From NCBI GenBank assembly GCA_965285935.1, contig OZ260662.1:87606001-87670000 (forward strand): a DNA stretch of 64,000 bases, given 5' to 3'. Each line of letters opens with the position of its first letter. Position 1 is the stretch's first letter. Under the pieces are notes generated by a model. That model was not told where the DNA came from. It worked only from the letters and a program-made list of their open reading frames with translations, and ran no database searches. Positions 55,115-64,000 of this stretch are shown piece by piece. The stretch comes from Ophelia neglecta. Lineage: Eukaryota. The position numbers were made by a program, and so were the translations under genes.

Positions 55115-55733
55115 ATTGATTTTGCCACTGGCTAAACAGCACACTTGAACAGAAACAAACTTGTAAAAAATCCCACTAATTATAAGTGACTGCAGCTGAC
55201 GGTTCCTGTTGGTTTATGGCATTAGTACTATAATTCAAATATGACACGAGTCAGGTAGAGCCTGTACTAACTTCGTTCTTTAAAATGATTTAAAGTGACC
55301 ATCATCCACTCTGGTTAAGTTAGAGCCACAGTATTTGTGATAAATTAGGATGTAACTTATTTCGGTACCTTCATTATTGTAAAAGATATTTGTAAATTAG
55401 AAATGTCAAAATTAACAATTATTCCTTAATTACCATTCTCTCAGGGGGATGCATGTACCCTATGTAAGATCTTAGCCATAAATTAATAAGGACACTACAC
55501 CCGCTACCCTACAACTTATCAATAAACTATGCTGCCTCTGCTATTGATAGATTTCCAGTAAACTATTCATCGCCGATTTTTTTTTTGAGTTATATTAGGC
55601 AATTGATACTTATGCCTACTCGAATTATATCCATTGCGGGGTGTTCAAGGATCAAACAGAGGAAACTGTTGACAGTTATTTATAAATGTATTTCATTTTA
55701 CGGACACTAACCCCTTTTGCATTCAACTTGAGG

Positions 55734-55810
55734 TGGTGTTCCTCGTGGATCCATCATTGTACAGGGGTCACTTTTGTTGTTACTGGTTTATATAAATGAT
55801 ATCACATTAT
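55734..55810 (+). mobile_element. Small LINE RT relic
   Basis: ggtgttcctcgtggatccatcatt...ctggtttatataaatgat reads GVPRGSII...LVYIND, resembling GVPQGSILGPLLFLIYIND. Confidence 0.5.
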
Positions 55811-56828
55811 TGAGCATATTATGAAATTATCAAAAGATGCTAATTGCTATTGGCAAACACACAGAAATGCACATTGTGTATGAAGATTGAACTGTGGGAT
55901 ATTGTGAAGAGAATAATATTGCATAAGTTTAATATTGTGAGAAGAATTATGATAACTGGATAATCAAACATCGCGAGCTACCAATTCGTGTCTATCCTGC
56001 GACTGAGTCAACTCACAGTTCAGTCTATGAACATTAGACACGTGTTTTGCATTATATAGCTGTGAACTATTTTAATGACTAGAACCACCGACCCCCTCAC
56101 CACATTGGCTGTTTGAACCTTGGCTTACAACCTAGACACTTAAATAGAGGGGGTAAATTGGGAATGAAAACTTTGGTTTGACATCATTGTGTGGTCATGA
56201 TGATAATAAACGAGAGTGGATACTCGTCAGACAAAGCCAAATCATTAGTCGAAAAACGTCCATCAAATCTGTCAGAAATCATCAGAAACCAGAAGCCGCA
56301 GCCCCACGCAAATAAATACATAAATCTCTGTCTCCCAAACAGTAAATGATCTCGTAATGCAAAAAATAATTAATGAAAACATAAATTTGATATAAGCTGC
56401 AAAGAGAAGAATCTCATCAGTTTTCCATGATGCGGATCGAACGAATACAAAACGAAGGAGTCAGAGATCGAACTAGGACAGGAGCTGACAGTTCACACCA
56501 GGGTTAAGTTTCTTCAGTTAAAAAGAATCAGGCAGCATAGCACAAGCTCTTACAAAGACCACAAGTCTCGTAGTATACATCCCGTATGCTTGGAAAGGGA
56601 ATATTGCTATCACGGAATATGGAAAGGTAACTATTGAGAAAAAACCGAAATCCTCTCTTTGTCATAAAGACGTGAACTTAAAAGGCTATTTTGGTCTTTA
56701 AGAAAAACATATCCAAATAGGAACAACTAATGCACAATATATAATAACCACCTGCCCTATGCCTGGAGGAGATCAGGAAATGTCAACGTCTCCGACAACA
56801 AATTTATTTTACAACACATGTCTTGTAA

Positions 56829-56887
56829 TCAATAAAAAATGCTTTGTAAAATCTACTCAATAAAAAATGCTTTATAAAATCTACTCA
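56829..56887 (+). repeat. 28-bp tandem duplication inside the pseudogene intron-3 copy
   Basis: tcaataaaaaatgcttt[g/a]taaaatctac occurs twice. Confidence 0.85.
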
Positions 56888-58136
56888 TAAAATTTCAGTA
56901 ACGTCTTTAACCCCTGAGATAGAAATCAACCATTTCTTCAAACCAGAGATTTAATTTGATGGCCGGACAGCGCTACTGTTTTAAACACACAAAAAATATG
57001 ATTCCATAATTTCCACACTATACCGCAAGCCGCAAGGCACCACTTCTTATTACCAAATGGCGATAGCAAAATTTGGAATACAACTCTGTCTTTTTAGCAC
57101 ACCCTTCGTTTGAATGATTGAGGTTTAGTCAAACAAACAAATGTCACCTTGACTTTTGGAGATGTTCTTGAGCCAAAAATATGGATCTCGCCATTTCTCG
57201 ACCACTATCGCATGTCAGGAGGTTTGAAGGGCTTAGAGAGATAAGACCTCTCTAAGTGGATGTAACTACACGACGACAATACCATCCCTTCTGTATATAT
57301 ATGTATATATGTTTTGCTGGCTATAAGCTCCAAGATACCCGGCTTTGTTAGCATAGTAAGTGGCTATAAATGCATGAAAAACTATTGAAATTAAGCTTGT
57401 CAGTGACATTGCTACCATTTATGGTCAAACACATATTATTTACGTAACAACTAGGATGAGATATTTCGTCTAAAATAAGAATAAGGTACGAGTGCTCCTG
57501 TCGGAATTACCTTTTTATTTAGCAAGCATCTCTACTTAGTTCTGAAAGCTTGCCAGGTTCAAGAACTTGCGTTGGCCACCTACTTTCAGAAATACAGGAG
57601 AAATTAATAATAATTGATCTAACTTCTGCCGTCCATGCTTCCTAACACTATTCATGATCCTACTAAAGCTTGATTGCTTGGATACAGTAGCAGATGGTGA
57701 CCAAAATCATCTTTGGGGGGACACGCTTTTATACAACACAATAGATTAAGAACGTGTAGCAGGTGAAAATCGGAAGAACGAGGCTAATTTCCTACCCGAA
57801 ATCATTGTGAATTAATCTCAAACCAAAATGGCTATTGTACCCATGCATGGACTTTCTCGGCTCTCATTGCCACACTGCTGACCTACAACAGGCTTATGCT
57901 ATCTGAAATGTGTGGCAGAACGCTTCATTCTATTGAAACAATTCAGGTTCCTTATGTGACACATAATTTGTGTTCCATACTACTTCCTGTTACTCTGCGA
58001 AATTTACACGTCGCGAAATAATATTAGTTAAATGTGCCCCATGTCAAAATTTGCTTTCATTATAGATTCATAGTTATCAATTGGAATTATTTACGTTGGA
58101 CTTTGCTTGCCACGTCTTTAACCGTAACAACGGCCC

Positions 58137-58380
58137 GGCATACTGGAAAACCTGATACGAAATACGAAGGAAATACGTGATACACAGATACGAAAAAATA
58201 AGATAGAGTTGGGTTATGACAGGGTTAGGGGTAGGGTTAAGCTAGCAACCTAACTAAATCATATCTTACTTAACCCTTCACCCTAACCCTAACCTAGTCC
58301 ATATGGCTACGTTTTAAACACCTCGTATCTCGTATCTGCGTCTCGTATCTGGTATTTCGTATCAGCTTTTCCAGTATGCC
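58137..58380. mobile_element. Foldback MITE with 9-bp TSD (Mutator-like), 244 bp
   Basis: 29-bp TIR ggcatactggaaaa[c/g]ctgatacgaaatac (1 mismatch). TSD CAACGGCCC at 58128-58136 and 58381-58389. Absent from the paralogous site near 47240. Confidence 0.9.
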
Positions 58381-58789
58381 CAACGGCCCTACGATTCGGT
58401 GTAAGCCCAATTCAAATCAAGTCTAGTCTAATTAACGATATATATGCCTGCTTTGTTGTGTCTTTACTTGGAAGCATATTGAGAAGTGGCAACAAGCGAG
58501 GAAAGAATGGTACAGAATTGCCATCAATTTAAATTCAATGTTATGAGTCGCCAGTACACAAACTATCATAATGGGGCTGATGGATACCACAGCCCAGAAA
58601 AAGTGCAGGCAATCTTGCTTTGAACAAGATTACTTTGCTTGTGGGCGACAACATACATTACTCTATACAATAATCAGATTTGTTTTGAACCTTAACATGC
58701 TTAAAGCAAAGTTTATGACTTTGGCATTGTATTTATGTTTAGCAAGTCATCTCTCCATCCGAAAAGGTATGGTATATGATATCCCTTAA

Positions 58790-58910
58790 ATCAATGTATC
58801 CAAACCTAAACCCAAAAAACTGAACCGAATGTGGGACGGATGAAGGGGCGGACGGACAAGACCATTCCTATACCCCAAATCCGTCCCCCTAATGCCTGCG
58901 GGGGTGTAAA
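58790..58910 (+). mobile_element. Possible end of a Helentron-associated (HINE/DINE-like) non-autonomous element
   Basis: ggacggatg...ggcggacggacaagaccattcctatacccc followed by a short ccccc...ggggg stem-loop. Recognised by layout only. Confidence 0.4.
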
Positions 58911-59871
58911 CAGGATTTGGATACCCGTCGGACAAATCAAGAAAAGCCCGTCATATCATTCTGAAAGCATCAAGAATCACCAGAAACAGGACGACACACA
59001 CTCATCCCCAGCCAATAAACATATAAACAAATAAAATTGTACTGCACGCAAAAAAAAAGGTATCATTTGCAGCGAGAATCAGTTAACAGTTTGCTATGAA
59101 GAGAGTCAGAGCACAAGACATACGTAAGACAGAGAGGACTAGTAGAGCCTAAGAGTAAAAGTCTTAGAGGAAAAGGGTATTAAGTCGACTCTATAGTGCA
59201 ATAAAATGTTAACTATTAAAGGAGAACCAGTCATATCTTATTGGGTACATGTTCACCTGGACCAAACGATGTTCTATCAGTAAGAAGCAGATGGTCATGA
59301 CCCCTAAACCTAAGATGAGTGAAATAGATCACACAAAGGCATTGCAGTCTTTTACTGCCTAATTGCCAACACAATGGCAACTATTTATTTCATAGAATAG
59401 TTTCTTATTTGATTAGTTCGACGGGAATGCCGTCAGATCCCTAATTTTCCATATCGAATACTCTCAGTGTTAATTTACACAAAAACATACTCCAAACTTC
59501 AGCAAAAAATCTGGTTACCAATATTGGCACATCTAAGGGTCCCAATGGTCCCTATCACTCCCCATAGCTCCATACATGTAGGGATGTACCTGGGATTAAT
59601 GATTCATGTGAGGGTATGGCCTGTTAAGAGCCATACAGGCCAAACAAGGTAGAATTGTGTGTCAGGCGAAATGTCACTATTAATGAGAACAATTGGCAGA
59701 TTTCTCACCCAGTGAGTTAAAACAATGTTATAGGCCTCTGAATGACCCGCAGTTTTTCTATTCTGTAATGTACTCATCATATACTAAGATGTTTTTTTCA
59801 TTGTGTCAAACACAGGGCCTTTTAAAACTGAAAATCTCCCATATAGAGTCACTATATACTATATAAAAATA

Positions 59872-59962
59872 ACGTGGTGTCAAATATTCTTACAAAATAT
59901 CACAATGGACTCAGTCTGCGCCTTTGTTCATGTGATATTTCTAAGAATATTCTCCACCTCGT
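59872..59962. repeat. Imperfect hairpin element (~37-bp arms)
   Basis: acgtggtgtcaaatattcttacaaaatatcacaatggac versus the reverse complement of the right arm, acgaggtggagaatattcttagaaatatcacatgaac. Confidence 0.75.
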
Positions 59963-60936
59963 GAAATGCCTTCACCTCAAATTGTGCAAGCTATGCACTG
60001 AATTTGCATTGTATCTTATCTTTTAAAATTATCCTTGCTTTAACAATTTGGTGTCATTCTTAATTTCAGAAATTGAAGGGATACATTTCTAACATTTCTC
60101 TGTTTGCAGTAGAGTTTGCTATTGTGCCTGTATGCTTATAAATTGGTTATGGCAACACTACATATATCTTCCTTTCTAAAAAACCAATAAGAATGTGTTA
60201 TATATTTTTAAATAGTTTCAGCCCCCTACAACCAATAAAATTTTAAAGGAATTAAATAAAATGGTTGTACAGTTTGAAGACAAGAGTGCCAGTCAACTTG
60301 TGAACAAACAATTCATTTTCATTTTACTGGAACATAATATAATAGAATCTAACATACACTACAATTAAACAAATTATCTTTTATGTACACACTGTACACT
60401 AAAACTCGACCAAGGCAAAGTAGTATTAGATTTATAATAAACTAATATGAAATTGGAAATAGCTTTATTATATGAAGTCACAATCAAATATTTACATCTA
60501 AAAATTACATAATATCATGCTACAACATGCTATAAACATTAAAATTAGTAGCCTGCAATCTGAAATTTTTTTTTATCAGTCGAATGGCTAATTATTTCGA
60601 TAAAACTGCAGTTTAACTTATAAATACATCATAATTACATTTAATACTTACTTGGTCATAATTACATTTGGGAAACTAAACCTTAGCTGCAAAATAGTTC
60701 CTGACCTTATGACAGATTATACTGTTTGTAGATATATAAACAAGTTATAATTCAGTTGATTTTGTCTTTACAATGATGTCACAGCATATGAAAATGTGCA
60801 ACCAGTGTCTTGGTGAAAAAGCATCCATGTAACAGGTCTTACAAGAAGTAGCATGTTGACCAGAAAACAGCATACTACTTTTCCTCAAAAACTACTGCTG
60901 GTAAATTGTCATTCAGATGTGTTGTTTTTCCTCATC

Positions 60937-63803
60937 CTAGTATCTAAGCTCAGGCTGGTTTGTAAACTTGGCCAGATCAGGTACAGCTAGTCCCCCATAA
61001 CTAGGTCCCCAGTAGTACCATCTTTTTACACCGTGAGACAGCTCTGACAGGTATGTCACTCCGTCGACCACGTAAGGCTCAACATCTGTGTTCTGCGACT
61101 CCAGTCGCCCTGACTGTATTAAACTGGCAAAGGCCTAGGAACAAAGACAATGTGGTTAGTATATAAACACCTTGCTTCAATCACTTTTGCTTGAAGTGTT
61201 CACTTAACGAAATTATTCAAACTTGTTTTCAAAGAATATATTCATTTAGCAAAAGTGTCACTTCTATACACAGAATAAACCTTTTGTGTAAGTTTGCACA
61301 TACAAGCACGTCCAAATCATACTATCTGGTTGACATAAGCTAAAGATATTAATCAGAAAGATTTTATGAATAAATAATTTTTTTCAAGAATCAGTTTAGC
61401 TGTAGAAACTACTTCCACTGATAACACCTTATCAAATTATTGTGGATAGATCTTCTAGTTTGAATACAATCCAGGTCTGAATTATTTTTTCGATAATATG
61501 TACACAGAATGCATTGATACATACTTGTAAGTGACAAATGAATTTGTTAAATTTATTTTTAATAAATTGATTAACTTATACATATGTTAAATAATTCATT
61601 AATTCACTTGTTTGCTTGCTTGCTTACTCACTCACTCATTCATGCACTAATAAATGCTGTAATTGTGAAAATTTTTAACTTACAATACAAGCGGACTCTT
61701 CTAGATTGTTGCCCCATATATATACATTGCTGAGGGTGGTGTTCATTTTCATGCAGTCAGCGATGGCACAAAGGCCTTTGCCATTTATCTCATTGCTTGT
61801 AAGTACCAGCCTAATAAAAAAAAGTCATGAAAAATATTTGACAATTATGAAGGAACATATTTATAATATTATTAATGTGCAGGTGAGTCTGAAAATGCAA
61901 CAAATGAAGAAGAAGAGACAATAAAAAAAGGTATGCCTGCAACAGAATAAACATAAAAAGACCGACTAGAAGTGTGTAAGCGACAGATTATGAGTAGTAC
62001 TCTGTCACATACGTGCGAAGATTGGTGTTCATTGTGCAAAGGGCTTCAGCCAAGTGCATAGCTCCGTCATCTCCAAGTCGGTTAAAACCAAGATCTAAAA
62101 CCTGCAGGCCTGTGTCCTTCTTCAGCAATTTGGCTAATTCCTTAGCACCGTCACGAGTCATTCGATTGCTGAAACAAATCAATATGCATGTATTTTTAAT
62201 ATCATTGTAAATAATAATACATACAAATTAAAATGCCTGGTATGGTGAATTTCAAATTAATGGACGATAAAATGTAAACTGTTTTACAAGTTGACCGTGA
62301 CTTCTACAGGTTTAGCCTACCAGCTAAGATCAAGGTATGTCAATGTAAAATTGTCCATCAGATTTTCAGCCAGTCTTGTCACTCCAAAATCTCTTGTATC
62401 ATATTTCCGAAGACATAGTTCTTCTAAAGATTTATTCACCTGAAATATCATATCCCTATATATAATATCTTTCTCAAAAATTGTATACTAAAAACAAACA
62501 AAATCAAGGAACAATTTATTTCAACAGATTTATGGCTAGAAAATAAAGAAATAAAATTCTTTTTATAAGCAGGACACAGAGAGCAGAGTCATTTTGGTGA
62601 TCATCTTAGTGATGATCACCCAAAAATCTATGGTAGAGATCCAAGTAGACCATTCTCCAATGTAGATGTATATATATATATATGTACATTTACCTTAAGC
62701 ATCTTAGCAAAATGTACAGTTGTCTCCTCTTGGTTGCTAAACAGAATTGGTCTGTTGACATTCAAAGCTTTCAACGTGCTGTTATGACAGAGCACTGTAG
62801 CCAAGGCTATCACACATTCTGTTTTCTGAAACAAATACAATCATTCTTTACAAGCAATACAAACCCATGTATTAAAGAAGTTTATTAAGCTCATTTTGCT
62901 CATAAAAATCTCCTGGGTTTTGGTGCCATGCAAACAGCCTAATACTTGTCGTAAGACATAAAGTGCATGACGTATGTGAAATGCTTTATATAAAACTGCC
63001 CTGGGAACACCTCTATAAGACCCGCAAATAATAAATGTGCATTAGCCAATTTTGCTGTAACTTTCAAATAACATCATGACTTATTATTCATCTCTTATCA
63101 ACTGTGACCTGTGTGCTGTGAACCTGCATGCACTAGCAAATGCCAAGTTCAGACTGACCCATCCAAAAAAATTAAATCTATAGTAAACAAACAGTTGGTA
63201 CATGAACAACATTAGATTAAAAAACATTTTATACCAGTAAAACCGAAGAGAGTGGGCCTTAAAAATTACGACAAAGGTTTAAAACTTACCAAATCTGTAT
63301 CCGCCAAATCTAAAGCCTCCAGAGTTACATTGATCTGTAATGCCTGGGCAAAGTACATGCCACCCCTGTTGCCTATTTTGTTGCCATTTAATTGGAGTGA
63401 TGTTAGTGTCTCATTTTTCTGCATGTATACAAATTAAATGATTAAAGTTATATTATCTTTAAAAGCATGTAACTAGCAAAATTTCTCAAACAATATTTAT
63501 ATGCACAAAGACATTAATGTATAAACAGAGGACTGTGTCGGAGAAACTTGGCAGAGTGCCGAGTGTTGCTTTCAATTTGTTGACACTACGTCACATGTAA
63601 TGCACCTATTTGCTCAAATATTGGTGCAGAGTAAATTTTAACTAATGTTATGCTATAATATAGATGTTTATCGATTGCTTTTGAGAAATGAGAAATATCT
63701 GATTAAATTGATAACTTACGTGCAGAGCCTTTGCGATGTGTTTTGCTCCTTCCTCCCCGAAGTCATTACACATCAGGTTTAAGTTCTTTATGCAGGAAGT
63801 CTC
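60937..63803 (-). CDS. LRRC34: Leucine-rich repeat-containing protein 34, 3' seven coding exons (5' part lies beyond the window)
   Basis: Minus-strand exons with GT-AG and compatible phases: 63803-63720 (ETSCIKNLNLMCNDFGEEGAKHIAKALH), 63418-63290 (KNETLTSLQLNGNKIGNRGGMYFAQALQIN), 62825-62694 (LNVNRPILFSNQEETTVHFAKMLK), 62439-62321, 62168-62013 (LQVLDLGFNRLGDDGA), 61810-61684 (NVYIWGNNLEESACI) and 61134-60937 (TDVEPYVVDGVTYLSELSHGVKRWYYWGPSYG...RY*). RI-like LRRs. The IWGN and TDVEP[YF]VVDG...YYW C-terminus is the LRRC34 signature as I recall it. Confidence 0.92.
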
Positions 63804-64000
63804 CTGAAGGCATGGAATTAAAACCAGATACAGAAATTATACAAAGGGCATACACGCTGATATGTAATGTAAATTGTAATGCCTAAAAAGTGACAGAAAA
63901 TATAATGAATGAAGAAAGCATTGTGATAGTACCATCAATCATATATGCTACTAGGGAGGAAAAAATTAATGGGAAAAAGTTGCTGACTTCTACTACTTAC

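Larger units (their letters stand above)
55960..58720 (+). pseudogene. Decayed, unprocessed tandem duplicate of the NWD gene 5' region (intron 2 to intron 5)
   Basis: Collinear similarity to ~43850-47550: intron-2 blocks (56013-56084 and 56098-56210), exon-3 remnant 56748-56794 (gcctggaggagatcaggaaatgtcaacgtc), exon-4 copy 57162-57355 with indels, intron-4 copy, and exon-5 copy 58475-58604 with CGA>TGA at 58544-58546 and loss of the donor site. Confidence 0.88.

Noticed and set aside
62596-62620. ggtgatcatc-ttagt-gatgatcacc stem-loop in an LRRC34 intron
   Set aside because: Only 10-bp arms, with no snoRNA boxes or other supporting features.

Overview
AT-rich eukaryotic (animal, most likely marine invertebrate) genomic DNA with GT-AG introns and one 136-N assembly gap. 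It is not prokaryotic, and nearly all short ORFs in the supplied track are spurious or are exon fragments. The first ~42 kb is intergenic, with decayed LINEs (CR1/L2-type endonuclease and RT remnants), several MITEs with recognisable TIRs/TSDs, a dispersed repeat family and palindromes. I could reconstruct two genes by hand. (1) A complete 9-exon NWD1/NWD2-family gene on + (42407-52854, ~1688 aa): N-terminal DUF4062-like domain, NACHT P-loop NTPase, degenerate WD40 repeats, and a C-terminal CCSLL (CaaX) end. (2) The last 7 coding exons of LRRC34 on - (63803-60937), whose 5' part lies beyond the window. Between them is a decayed, intron-containing tandem duplicate of the NWD 5' region (~55960-58720). 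It provides empty-site comparisons for two insertions: an ~0.9 kb element carrying four RFX X-box-like motifs in NWD intron 2, and a 244-bp foldback element with a 9-bp TSD in the pseudogene. I found no clearly novel multi-gene system. The strongest lead is the NWD protein itself, an effector-NACHT-WD40 (NLR-like) architecture with a candidate catalytic Glu and a prenylation signal.
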